Part shown: in pieces, positions 35,858 to 45,427 of the stretch | How positions within the stretch are numbered: position 1 is the first letter of the stretch | How the letters are laid out: each line of letters starts with the position of its first letter | Assembly (NCBI GenBank): GCA_910579165.1 | Contig: CAJTTF010000002.1 | Location: 41,746 to 105,745 of the forward strand | Direction: 5' to 3' | Length of the DNA: 64,000 nucleotides | From: an uncultured Atopobiaceae bacterium | Lineage (GTDB): Bacteria > Actinomycetota > Coriobacteriia > Coriobacteriales > Atopobiaceae | Translations under genes and position numbers: made by a program | The notes under the pieces: generated by a model | Seen by the model: only the letters and a program-made list of their open reading frames with translations | What the model was told of the DNA's origin: nothing | Databases searched by the model: none

Positions 35858-38800
35858 CTACGGAATTATGGGGTGGCTAATACGCGCAACAAGTTCCTCA
35901 GCAGGCGCAGAGAGGACCCATGACTTAAAAGCTGCAAAAGACTCTTTGAGGCGCTCCCCTTCTAAAAAGAATACAGAGTCTTCGAGAGAGACCGGCTGAG
36001 CGGATTTTTGGTCCGCAATATACAATGTTCTCTGCTCTCCCCTTCCCTCAATGCGTACAAGACCCAGTTCTTTAAAGATGGAAAGACCTTGATCCACAAG
36101 CGTGCCATCGAGGAGGCCATTGTCGGAAAGGTAGGCGGCGTACTCACCAATCTCAGGATTAGAGGCGTGTAAGACATTTGGAGGGGTTTGAGTTTGTTTC
36201 CCTTCCATTGTCTTAATCGTGCGAAAGAGCAATCCCAATGTTTCTTTGTTAGGCGCAACGTTTTGCAGTATTCCTTCGTTAATACACGCATCATCTTCGC
36301 CAAAAAGCAGATAGATATGAGCATCGTCTCCATCTCTGCCTGCGCGCCCCGACATCTGATTGAATTCCGTAGCACCAAACGGAAGATGATAGAGGATGAT
36401 TTGACGAATATCTGGTATGTTCACGCCTTCGCCAAAAGCGCTGGTTGATACGATAGTTTTTAGAGTGTTCTCGCGAAAATTCTTTTCTATTGCCATGCGT
36501 TCTGCGCGAGAAAGACCAGCATGGTAGAAAGCAATCTGATGAGCAATCTCTGGGCAATGCTGTCTGAGTAGCTTGCAAAGCGTTTCAGCTTGACCGCGCG
36601 AATTAACGTAGACGACCGTTTTGATCCCGCAATAAACACGATCAATGAGAAAGCTTTCCTTAGGTGTTAGTCCTGATTCATCATCAATGCGCTCAAAAAG
36701 AGAGCGTTCTGCATGATCGATGTTGCGATAGTCTTCAAGAATGAGGTTCTCTCGACAGGTGTTATCGGAAAGAGTGAGCTCTATGTTAAAAAGACGCCCA
36801 ATTTCAGCAGCTTCTTCTTTTCCAACAGTTGCAGAAACGCATAAGACCGTAGGCGCTCCGAGAAGGTTTTGCACGCGCGGTAAATCTTGATAGGCAAAAC
36901 GATTTCCACCTTTAGAAGCGCCCGCGTGATGCGCTTCGTCAATCACCAGAAAGTCTATTCGGTTCGTCTCGGCAAAGCGCTTTGCGTTAAGGGATAAAAA
37001 TTCTGGAGTTGTAAGAACGATATCAACAGTGCCCGTCTTTAAGCCATCATAAGTGATTTCGCGCTGCTCATCATCTGTTTCGCCCGTCAGAAGCGCCACG
37101 CTGAGGCCAAATTGCGCCAGGGCATTCTCTAGATGGAAAACTTGATCGTTTACGAGAGCTCGAAGAGGAAATACAAAAACACTGGCGCGTCGCGCGGCAA
37201 GTGCAATTCTCGCGGCATGGATTTGAAAGATGAGTGACTTTCCCCTACCCGTAGCCATAATGGCGAGCGTGTTATTACCGTCCTCAAGGGATGCGAGTGT
37301 CTCTTCCTGGATGGGAAGGAAAGTGTTCTCACCGATAAAAGCCTGACGCAGCTGCTGTGTAAGATGCGTGGTGTCGGGTGCGAAAAGGTCCCTAATGAGC
37401 AGTTGTGGGTGCACGGTATTTCTCCAACTATTCAGCGTTGGTTCAAATACCACATCAAAAATTGAACCAGGTGGGACTTCCGCGAGATGTGCGGGCGGAT
37501 AGAAATAGACACCGTCAAGTGCGACATCGGAGGAGATCTCCGTCATACGCACCTTCATGTGGGCCCTTTCTTGACCAATGCGCTTTAAGGTCAATAGGCT
37601 TATGCGAGGCGTTATGAAGAGCGGATATGGGTTTCCTTTCCCAAAGGGCCGCAAGGCCGCAAGGCCTTCGATGTTGGAAACAGTTAGCTCACGAAAAGAT
37701 ACTTCACCCGTAATCTCAATGCTTTCAGCAAAGGCAGAAGCAGGAAGGGTCTCAAGATAGGTGTTGAGCGCTTGTTGAAATGCAGAAACTTGACTTCTAT
37801 TGATCGTAAGTCCAACGGCATTTTTGTGGCCTCCAAAACGCACGAGATAATCAGAACAGGCAGCCACCGCTTGCATGAGGTCCACGGACCCTATTGACCT
37901 TCCAGAGCCCTTTCCAACGTCTTCAGCAAAAGATATGAGGATGCACGGTCGCTGGAACTGATGTGCCAAGCGCGAGGCAACAATTCCTTTTACCCCCTCA
38001 TACCAATCATCGGCCGCCAGTATAAGCACACGCGTATTGGGCGACTCCTTCAGAATTTCCTCTGCCTGGAAGCATGCCTTTTCTTGCATGTCTTTTTCTA
38101 GAGCCTTGCGCTCTGTGTTCAGCTCTTGGATTCTCTCAGAAAGATTTATCGCCTCTTCTTTATCCTTAGTCAAGAGGAGTTTAAATGCTGTCTCCACATC
38201 CCCCATTCTGCCTGCGGCGTTTAGCCGAGGAATAACGGAAAACGGTAATTCGTCAGCCTGTAGGTTCTTTGGGTTAATTTTAAGAAGCTTAAGAAGTGCC
38301 GCGAGGCCTGTGCGAGGATTGCTTTGAATGCAGTTCATACCTTCAACGACAAGTGCACGGTTCTCAAAATCAAGATCCATAACGTCGCCAACTGTGCCCA
38401 AAGTTCCTAAGTCGCAAAAGCACTGCCAGTAATCATCTTGCACTCCCGCAAACAGGCGAGAAGCTCTCTCATCACTCCTACTCAAGAGCTGAAGCGCATG
38501 CAGCAGTTTTAGGGCGACCCCAGCGCCACAAAGATTCTGTCCGGGTCCAGAAGGGTTAAGTTTTGGATCGATAACGGGAACGCCCTGTGGCACGAGTTCA
38601 TCAGGTACATGATGGTCGCTTACGATGACTTCAACACCTGCATCTAGCAGGCTATTAACCTCCTCAGCAGCAGCAATACCATTGTCTACGGTCAGAAGAA
38701 GCTCGGGGTGATTTTTTGCTAACAGATGTTCGACTGATGCCTTGGAAAGGCCGTATCCTTCGCTAAAACGATCTGGAATATACCAATCAACCTGAACACC

Positions 38801-39139
38801 CAACCCCTCTAATGCAAGGACAATAATGGCCGTTGCTGTCATGCCGTCAACGTCAAAATCACCATAAACAGTGATGCGCTTCCTTTTATCAATAGCGTCC
38901 AAAAGAGCCCTGGCACCCACCTCCATGGAGGGAAGCAAGAAAGGATCTGACCAATCGCGCTTAAGAGAAGGATGAAGAAAACGCTCGATTTCCGCATCAT
39001 CGGTCCACCCGTGGTTTGCAAGCGTACGCGCCGCAAGGGGCGAGAGACCAAACGTGTCACACAGCTTAGCCTCTCGATCGGGACGTGGTTTTAGTAATTT
39101 GTAGCTTTTATCCGAGGAGTTCTGCGACATCGGTTGCAA
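35858..39139 (-). CDS. recJ: Fusion protein: RecJ single-stranded-DNA 5'-3' exonuclease (N-terminal about 600 aa) plus a RecQ-like superfamily 2 helicase core (C-terminal about 490 aa)
   Basis: The RecJ part has GDFDVDGMT, VSDHH (DHH) and FGGHKNAVG (DHHA1). The helicase part has ATGRGKSLIFQ (motif I, near 37240..37260), VIDEAHH (motif II, 36926..36946), VSAT, and YHAGL..AER...E..F.......IVSTSAFGEGVN.PDIRQIILYHLP....EFNQMSGRAGRDG. It is a single uninterrupted 1093-aa frame. Confidence 0.85.
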   Translation of the reverse strand: MQPMSQNSSDKSYKLLKPRPDREAKLCDTFGLSPLAARTLANHGWTDDAEIERFLHPSLKRDWSDPFLLPSMEVGARALLDAIDKRKRITVYGDFDVDGMTATAIIVLALEGLGVQVDWYIPDRFSEGYGLSKASVEHLLAKNHPELLLTVDNGIAAAEEVNSLLDAGVEVIVSDHHVPDELVPQGVPVIDPKLNPSGPGQNLCGAGVALKLLHALQLLSRSDERASRLFAGVQDDYWQCFCDLGTLGTVGDVMDLDFENRALVVEGMNCIQSNPRTGLAALLKLLKINPKNLQADELPFSVIPRLNAAGRMGDVETAFKLLLTKDKEEAINLSERIQELNTERKALEKDMQEKACFQAEEILKESPNTRVLILAADDWYEGVKGIVASRLAHQFQRPCILISFAEDVGKGSGRSIGSVDLMQAVAACSDYLVRFGGHKNAVGLTINRSQVSAFQQALNTYLETLPASAFAESIEITGEVSFRELTVSNIEGLAALRPFGKGNPYPLFITPRISLLTLKRIGQERAHMKVRMTEISSDVALDGVYFYPPAHLAEVPPGSIFDVVFEPTLNSWRNTVHPQLLIRDLFAPDTTHLTQQLRQAFIGENTFLPIQEETLASLEDGNNTLAIMATGRGKSLIFQIHAARIALAARRASVFVFPLRALVNDQVFHLENALAQFGLSVALLTGETDDEQREITYDGLKTGTVDIVLTTPEFLSLNAKRFAETNRIDFLVIDEAHHAGASKGGNRFAYQDLPRVQNLLGAPTVLCVSATVGKEEAAEIGRLFNIELTLSDNTCRENLILEDYRNIDHAERSLFERIDDESGLTPKESFLIDRVYCGIKTVVYVNSRGQAETLCKLLRQHCPEIAHQIAFYHAGLSRAERMAIEKNFRENTLKTIVSTSAFGEGVNIPDIRQIILYHLPFGATEFNQMSGRAGRDGDDAHIYLLFGEDDACINEGILQNVAPNKETLGLLFRTIKTMEGKQTQTPPNVLHASNPEIGEYAAYLSDNGLLDGTLVDQGLSIFKELGLVRIEGRGEQRTLYIADQKSAQPVSLEDSVFFLEGERLKESFAAFKSWVLSAPAEELVARISHPIIP

Positions 39140-40274
39140 TCATTAGCTCTTCGTTGGTGGGAACGACAAGAACGTGAATCGAAGAATCTGGAGTAGAAAT
39201 CTCGCGTACTGCATCCGAACGCACAAGATTTTTCTTTTCGTCAAGCTTAAGGCCTACCCAGACAAGGTTGTCGCAAATCATCTTACGCACTTCATGGGAA
39301 TTTTCACCCACGCCAGCCGAGAATGCCAACGTATCCCACCCTTGCATCGATTGAGCCATTTCCATTATAAGCTGGCCAGCTCTGTAGGCATACATGGCAA
39401 GAGCGAGCTGCGCATTCGTGTCGCCTTTCTCGGCGCCGGCACAAACATCGCGTACATCAGACGAGATTTCAGAAAGCGCAAGCAAGCCCGATTCCTTATT
39501 CATCATCGTATCAACTTCGTCAACGGAATAGCCGCCCTCGCGTTGAAGATAGACTACCGTAGCTGGATCAATAGTACCTGTGCGCGTGCCCATAATGAGA
39601 CCATCTAGTGGCGTAAGTCCCATGGTTGTTTCTATGGACTTGCCATCGTGGATTGCGCAAAGCGAAGCGCCTGAGCCAATATGAGCGCTAACGATTTTAT
39701 GCGTCTTATCACCCATGAATTCCTTGGTAGCACGCCAAATATAACGATGTGATGTGCCGTGAGCACCGTACTTTCTAATATGAAGCTCATCAGTCACTTT
39801 GCGCGGCAGAGCATAGCGCCAGGCCACTTCGGGCATATCAAAGTGAAACGCCGTATCGGGAACAATGACGTTACCTATTTCAGGAAAGCTCTTTTGACAT
39901 ATTTCAATAACATCAGCTTCAGCATAATTGTGAAGCGGTGCAAGAGGCGCAACTTCACGCACTTTTGCAAGTGCTTCCGGTGTAGCAATGGCAGACTCCG
40001 GGAAGTAAACGCCTCCCATCACTACACGATGACCGATGCCGTCTATCTTTATATCTTGCTCTTTAAGAAGATCAAAGACTTCTTGGACGGCTGCTTTGTG
40101 ATTGGGAAGATCGAGATCAATTTTGCGCTTCTCGCCAGCAGCCTCATGAGTCACGAAGGCATTCTTAAGGCCAATTCTCTCGCAATTTCCCTTAGCAAAG
40201 ACCTTTGCAGTGTCTACATCTATGAGCTGATACTTTAGGCTTGAGGATCCTGCATTAATAACGAGTACATTCAT
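39108..40274 (-). CDS. ackA: Acetate kinase
   Basis: VLVINAGSSSLKYQL, GHRVV.GG, and the HGTSH and EELMIA regions. Confidence 0.95.
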   Translation of the reverse strand: MNVLVINAGSSSLKYQLIDVDTAKVFAKGNCERIGLKNAFVTHEAAGEKRKIDLDLPNHKAAVQEVFDLLKEQDIKIDGIGHRVVMGGVYFPESAIATPEALAKVREVAPLAPLHNYAEADVIEICQKSFPEIGNVIVPDTAFHFDMPEVAWRYALPRKVTDELHIRKYGAHGTSHRYIWRATKEFMGDKTHKIVSAHIGSGASLCAIHDGKSIETTMGLTPLDGLIMGTRTGTIDPATVVYLQREGGYSVDEVDTMMNKESGLLALSEISSDVRDVCAGAEKGDTNAQLALAMYAYRAGQLIMEMAQSMQGWDTLAFSAGVGENSHEVRKMICDNLVWVGLKLDEKKNLVRSDAVREISTPDSSIHVLVVPTNEELMIATDVAELLG

Positions 40275-40288
40275 CTATAAATCCTTTC

Positions 40289-40630
40289 CTAACACATTTT
40301 TTCCGAGAGGGGCTCTCCACCCACTATGTGGAAATGGAGGTGATTTACCGTTTGCCCTGCGTCTTTGCCGGTGTTGGTGATAACACGAAAACCTCCGTCG
40401 TTTAAACCTTTAATCTTTACTACCTTCTTGATTCCTCTATGAAGCGCTTCAAGAGTAGAGGCATCAAGGTCCTCAAGGATGTTGTCGTAATGGTTCTTTG
40501 GTATCAGCAAAACATGTACCGACGCTTGCGGGCCGATGTCATCTATAGCGAAAACCTTATCGTCTTCGTAGAGTATTTCTTTTGGAGGAATCTTTCCACT
40601 TGCCATATTGCAAAAGAGGCAATCTTCCAT
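40289..40630 (-). CDS. HIT family protein (histidine triad nucleotide-binding)
   Basis: CLFC..., and the HLHFHIVGG histidine triad. Confidence 0.9.
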   Translation of the reverse strand: MEDCLFCNMASGKIPPKEILYEDDKVFAIDDIGPQASVHVLLIPKNHYDNILEDLDASTLEALHRGIKKVVKIKGLNDGGFRVITNTGKDAGQTVNHLHFHIVGGEPLSEKMC

Positions 40631-40670
40631 GGTTTCTCCTTTTAGTAACTATTGGTAGTACTTCCCATGG

Positions 40671-41000
40671 CTACTCTTTTGCCTCGGGTGGAAAGATTTC
40701 AGCAGTCAGAGTGCTTACCTCTTGCTCCGCCTTCTCCAGACGCATTGAAAGATTCTTAACAAGCTCAACTCCATGCCTATAAGCAATGAGGGATTGCTCA
40801 AGCTCCATGTCGCCCGCTTCTAAGGAACGCACGATGCCTTCAAGCTCAGTTGAAGCCTCCTTAAAGCTCAGGTCTTTGATGCTGCTATCTTGAGTATCTT
40901 TGGGTTCCTTGTTAGGTTTTCCGTTTGCGCCAGCACTAGATTGTTCTGACGTGCTGTGCGAGATGGGCAGTTGCGTCTGAGGTTTTTCGAGAGGCTCCAT
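40671..41000 (-). CDS. xseB: Exodeoxyribonuclease VII small subunit
   Basis: SFKEASTELEGIVRSLEAGDMELEQSL.AY..G. Start placed at MEPLEK (41000), with AAGGAG 5 nt upstream. Confidence 0.85.
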   Translation of the reverse strand: MEPLEKPQTQLPISHSTSEQSSAGANGKPNKEPKDTQDSSIKDLSFKEASTELEGIVRSLEAGDMELEQSLIAYRHGVELVKNLSMRLEKAEQEVSTLTAEIFPPEAKE

Positions 41001-41077
41001 ATAATCTCCTTTATGCTTCTCTATATCATTAAAGTGAAGTCTTGTTCTGTTGCTTGTTCTCTTTTGCACCTATGCAA

Positions 41078-42496
41078 TTATTGCAAATGTTGGGTAGTAA
41101 CGGAGTCCACCGTTGCCTTGGCTTCTCCATCATACATGAGGACTTCTATCTCGTCTGTAGGATACATGGCATGTACGCCATTGAGAGCTCGTCCGTTTTT
41201 TTGGATGATGGCATATCCACGCGCAAGAACGCCTTTTGGATTGAGGGTGTTAAGAATATGATCGAGCCGGTGAAGTTCAGTCTTTGGCTGTTCAATAATC
41301 GCATCTGTCTTATGACGAAGCGTGCTGGCGATATTTGCGATAAACGCTAAGCCCTTTTGCGGAACGCTTTTCCCTGCCAAAAGAAGCCTGTGACGTACGA
41401 TAGGCAAATAGTCCCTTGATGGAAGCGCTTTTTCTGCAGCAAAGAGAAGGCGTTCAGAAGTCTGCGAAAGGGCATTTTCTCTCATGTGCAATTGATAGAG
41501 AGGATCTTGTAAAGCTGGAGACTGCGCGAGGTAGCGTACTCTCTCCCCTGTCCTTTCGAGTTCTCTCTCAATGGCAGTCCGCGCTACCTGCATACTGTGT
41601 TGAAATGACAAGTCCAAGCGAGATAGCAATCCTACAAAAGCCTTATCGGTTTTTGCTTTTTCCCCTGCAAGATAAGCAAAAAGATCTTCCTTAGCAGGAG
41701 CAATGCTTTCTGCAGCCGCAGTGGGCGTTGACATGCGTCTATCGGCAACCATGTCTGCTACGGACGTATCAGGCTCGTGGCCAATACCGGTAACAACAGG
41801 CAAGGCTGAATCAGCTATGGCCCTTGCGACACCCTCATCGTTGAACGTCATGAGGTCTTCAAACGAACCACCTCCCCGCACCAAAAGGATAGCGTCAACG
41901 GGCAGCGTCTGAGCAAAAGAGAGTGCCGAGACAATCTGGGCAGGCGCCTCCTCTCCCTGCACTGCTGCCCCCACAGCAAAGATCTTAACGAGGGGATTTC
42001 TTCGGGCAAGCGTTCGTTTAACATCATCAATAACGGCACCTGATAATGAGGTTATTACACAAATCTTTTCGCAAAAATACGGTATAGGCTTTTTGCGGCT
42101 TTGGTCCATGAGCCCCTCAAGCTCAAGCTTGCGGGCAAGCTCAGCAACTTGTTGACGCAAAAGCCCCTCTCCTGCTATGTTTAATTTCTGAATAATAAAT
42201 GAGAGTTTTCCGGATGCGGCGTACACATCAAATTTGCCTATCACCTCTACGAGAAGACCGTCTCTCAGGGGAGCCGTACAGGAGCTAAAGACGCCTTTCC
42301 ACATGATGACGTCCATAGCAGCATTTTCATCCTTGAGCTGAAAATAGACGTGGCCGCTTCTGGCGTGAGGCCCCTTGAATCCACTAATTTCCCCCACGAC
42401 CCTAAAAGAGCCCAAATCGGTGAGCGTCTTTTTTGCGCGATTAACAATGTCGCTTACGCTAAAAGGCGCATCCTCGGTGTCTTTTTGAGAAACCAT
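41078..42496 (-). CDS. xseA: Exodeoxyribonuclease VII large subunit
   Basis: N-terminal OB fold (V.GEISGFK.....GH.YF.LKD) and RGGGS.EDL..FN. Start at MVSQKD (42496), 5 nt after the upstream stop. Confidence 0.9.
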   Translation of the reverse strand: MVSQKDTEDAPFSVSDIVNRAKKTLTDLGSFRVVGEISGFKGPHARSGHVYFQLKDENAAMDVIMWKGVFSSCTAPLRDGLLVEVIGKFDVYAASGKLSFIIQKLNIAGEGLLRQQVAELARKLELEGLMDQSRKKPIPYFCEKICVITSLSGAVIDDVKRTLARRNPLVKIFAVGAAVQGEEAPAQIVSALSFAQTLPVDAILLVRGGGSFEDLMTFNDEGVARAIADSALPVVTGIGHEPDTSVADMVADRRMSTPTAAAESIAPAKEDLFAYLAGEKAKTDKAFVGLLSRLDLSFQHSMQVARTAIERELERTGERVRYLAQSPALQDPLYQLHMRENALSQTSERLLFAAEKALPSRDYLPIVRHRLLLAGKSVPQKGLAFIANIASTLRHKTDAIIEQPKTELHRLDHILNTLNPKGVLARGYAIIQKNGRALNGVHAMYPTDEIEVLMYDGEAKATVDSVTTQHLQ

Positions 42497-42501
42497 ATTC
42501 T

Positions 42502-43188
42502 TTAGTTCCTGCGGGTGAAGCCAAGGTAATAGATGAGCTGTAGGCACGAGACAAGCGCTGCTATTACATACGTAAGGGCAGCTGCCGTAAGAACTTGTCT
42601 GAAGCCTTTAAGTACTTCGTCTGAATAGCCAGCGCTCTTAGCATACGACAATGCACGACGAGAGGCGTCGAATTCAACAGGAAGCGTCACTAATTGAAAC
42701 AATACGACCGCGGCAAAGAGCGCAATAGCAGCATAAATAAAGCCGGTTACCCCCATAATGATGCCGGCAAAAAAGACGAGAATCCAAACGGATGAGGCAA
42801 AGTTCACTACTGGGACGATAGCCGTGCGGATAATACCAGGCATGTAGTGCTTGGCAAACTGCACCGCATGGCCTGCTTCGTGGCATGCGACAGCAGCGCT
42901 TGCTATCGAAGCATTCTGAAAATTGTCTTTTGAAAGCGATAAGGAGTTGTCGCGCGGATCATAGTGATCGGTGAGCTTACCGTCGATTTCCAGAATTCCT
43001 ACTCCATCCACGTGATTGCTTTGCAGCATAGAACGCGCAATGTCGGCGCCGGTTTTATTGCCAGGCAAAGGAATCTGAGACCACGTCTTATATCTGTTAT
43101 TGATGAATAGCTGACCGAGCCCCCCCAGGACAAGCGAGGCAATAACAAGAATTAGGTACCAGCTATCAAACAGGTAATAACCATACAT
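42502..43188 (-). CDS. Membrane zinc metallopeptidase (COG2738/YugP-like)
   Basis: HEAGHAVQ zinc motif flanked by TM segments, 228 aa. Confidence 0.8.
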   Translation of the reverse strand: MYGYYLFDSWYLILVIASLVLGGLGQLFINNRYKTWSQIPLPGNKTGADIARSMLQSNHVDGVGILEIDGKLTDHYDPRDNSLSLSKDNFQNASIASAAVACHEAGHAVQFAKHYMPGIIRTAIVPVVNFASSVWILVFFAGIIMGVTGFIYAAIALFAAVVLFQLVTLPVEFDASRRALSYAKSAGYSDEVLKGFRQVLTAAALTYVIAALVSCLQLIYYLGFTRRN

Positions 43189-43211
43189 ATACTATCCAAT
43201 CTCTTTCGTCT

Positions 43212-44384
43212 TTATTTTAGCCTAACCTCACCGTCATGAACGTAGAGGCCAGCTCGACCGGTAAGAATATTTTTCATGGGTCTGCCTGCGATTTCCCAGC
43301 GCCAACCCGTAAATAGGCGAGAATCCTCGTCTTCGCGAATAAAATTGATGATGTCATCTTTGCTCGCAAGAACCGCAGGGGCTATTTGCTCTTTCTCGGA
43401 AAGAACGCGTACATACGAAAAGAGCAAATCAACAACTGCCTGGGTGCCCCTTGGATCCTTTTGTTGCTGCGGAGCATCTTCCTCAGGATGGAATGGATTT
43501 TTCCGCGCAGTTTCAGCGATGCGGGCAATCTCCTCAACATCTCGTTCGTTCAAATGCGAGGTGGAACGTATCTTTCTGATCTTGTCAGGAGTAGGCCTTC
43601 GAAGATGCGCAATGGAAAGAACCACCTCATCAGCAAGAACGGATCTCCTGGGCTTATTAAGGGATTGCGCACGCTCTTCGCGCCATGTGGCTACCTCTTT
43701 TGCTACGACAAGCTCCTTTGGTCGAAGAGAGCTAATGCGTTTAATGTGGCGATAAGCGCTCGCGCTGTCTTCGTGTTCTTTGGCACGAACAATTTCGTCT
43801 TGAAATTCAGGAAGAACCCAGCTATAACGTCCCAAATTGAGCAACTTTTGTTTCATGGCATCGTAGATTTTCGGAAGATACTTAACGTCATCTAGAGCAT
43901 AGCGAATCTGCGAAAGATCGAGCGGGCGGCGCGTCCAATCAGTGAGCGAGGATGCCTTGGGGAGCGTAATGTGCAAGTACTTCTCGACGAGAGCGCCATA
44001 GCCAATTTGTATTTGTGTTGAGAGGAACGCCTCAGCTATCTGCGTATCAAAAATAGGCGTTGGCAAATCACCAAACAGGAGCTCGAGAACTTCTAAGTCC
44101 TGAAAACCTGCATGCAAGATTTTGGTTTTTGCAGAATCGAAAAGAACGTCGTTAATTGAGCTTTTTAACGCATCCGCAGAAAGCGTCCTCACGTCCAATG
44201 CGAACTGATTCGAATGAGTTCCAACTTGCAACAGGCATGGAAGCGGATAATACGTTCTCTCACGTATAAACTCTGTATCGATAGCAATAACAGGAGCCGC
44301 AGTCAAACACTGAGCCACTTCATCAAGCTTTTGGGGTGTGTCAATTACGCGCGTCTGCTCTCGCATTGTTGAGGGCCTTTCCAA
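43212..44384 (-). CDS. rnd: Ribonuclease D (DEDD 3'-5' exonuclease plus HRDC domain)
   Basis: IAIDTEF (ExoI), ILHAGFQDLE (ExoII), YALDDVKYL (ExoIII), then an HRDC-like region. Confidence 0.85.
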   Translation of the reverse strand: MERPSTMREQTRVIDTPQKLDEVAQCLTAAPVIAIDTEFIRERTYYPLPCLLQVGTHSNQFALDVRTLSADALKSSINDVLFDSAKTKILHAGFQDLEVLELLFGDLPTPIFDTQIAEAFLSTQIQIGYGALVEKYLHITLPKASSLTDWTRRPLDLSQIRYALDDVKYLPKIYDAMKQKLLNLGRYSWVLPEFQDEIVRAKEHEDSASAYRHIKRISSLRPKELVVAKEVATWREERAQSLNKPRRSVLADEVVLSIAHLRRPTPDKIRKIRSTSHLNERDVEEIARIAETARKNPFHPEEDAPQQQKDPRGTQAVVDLLFSYVRVLSEKEQIAPAVLASKDDIINFIREDEDSRLFTGWRWEIAGRPMKNILTGRAGLYVHDGEVRLK

Positions 44385-44441
44385 TCTAGTATTTAGGCTA
44401 TGATACTACTCGACCAAACCTTGAGAATTAAGAGCCTCCTT

Positions 44442-45395
44442 ATGAGATTACTGATACTCTCTAAAGAATCCATGCCTTTTGAGTCTGATGCGCTTTACAC
44501 CTTTATCCGCGCCGTCACTGAGGCTGACGATGAAATAGTCCTGCGAAGCGTTGCTACGAATGCAGACATCGCCGCACGCCTACAAGATGCTACTACTTTC
44601 GACCGCTGTGTTGTTGCGGGCGACGATCAAGTAATAGCGTCTGCTTTGTTTGCCTTGCGAGGTCTCAGTGTCCCTGTCCTCGTGTTTCCTAATGGGATGG
44701 AAAACCTCTACTTTGAATCCCTAGGCAATTCCCATGAACCAGCGGCCCTTGCCAAAGCCTGCCGCGAGGGACGCACGGTCTCAGCAGATCTTGGTCTCAT
44801 TAGCTGGTCGGATCCGCAGGGAACCATTCATACACACCCCTTTAGCTGCATGGTTGGTTTTGGCTTTGATGCAACACTTCTGCGCACAGCCATCCCCAAT
44901 AAAGAGGCGCTTGGAGGGCTCTCATACATTCTTGCAGCCCTCTCAATTAAAAAAATTCCTCGCGCAACCTTTGACATCACGCTCGATAACAACCGATTCA
45001 CCGTTGATGGCATAGCGTGCCTTGTAGCTAATTCTCCTATGCTTGGAGCTGATATAGAAATTGTTTCTGGATCATCAATCAATGATGGCACTTTGGACAT
45101 AGTCGTTGTGCAGGCAACAGACTCAATGCGCCTTATTCGCCCTGTTTTTGCTGGCGTTCTGGACCACAAAGGCACCAATTTAGGACGACCGGAAATGGCT
45201 CATTATCAGGGCGTGAGCGTGACCGTACAGAGTTCAGAGGCGCTCCCTCTTCAGGTTAACGGTGAGCCAACTCCTTACGAGATAAATGGCTATAAAGCGC
45301 GCATTCTTCAAGGCGCCAATCAGCTCATCGTGGATCACGTTTCACCCTATGCAGCCGTATCTATACGCGAGGCTCCTCAACGAGATAACCGTTAG
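44442..45395 (+). CDS. Diacylglycerol/lipid kinase catalytic-domain family protein (YegS/LCB5-like) with degenerate nucleotide-binding motifs
   Basis: The overall pattern matches the DAGK_cat and YegS C-terminal fold (GLISW..., FGFDA, LVANSPMLGADI, DG.LD). However, the GGDGT position reads AGDDQ and the GTGN position reads NGMEN. Confidence 0.6.
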   Translation: MRLLILSKESMPFESDALYTFIRAVTEADDEIVLRSVATNADIAARLQDATTFDRCVVAGDDQVIASALFALRGLSVPVLVFPNGMENLYFESLGNSHEPAALAKACREGRTVSADLGLISWSDPQGTIHTHPFSCMVGFGFDATLLRTAIPNKEALGGLSYILAALSIKKIPRATFDITLDNNRFTVDGIACLVANSPMLGADIEIVSGSSINDGTLDIVVVQATDSMRLIRPVFAGVLDHKGTNLGRPEMAHYQGVSVTVQSSEALPLQVNGEPTPYEINGYKARILQGANQLIVDHVSPYAAVSIREAPQRDNR

Positions 45396-45427
45396 AAACA
45401 CGTAGATTGTTTACTGCATGCAGAGAA

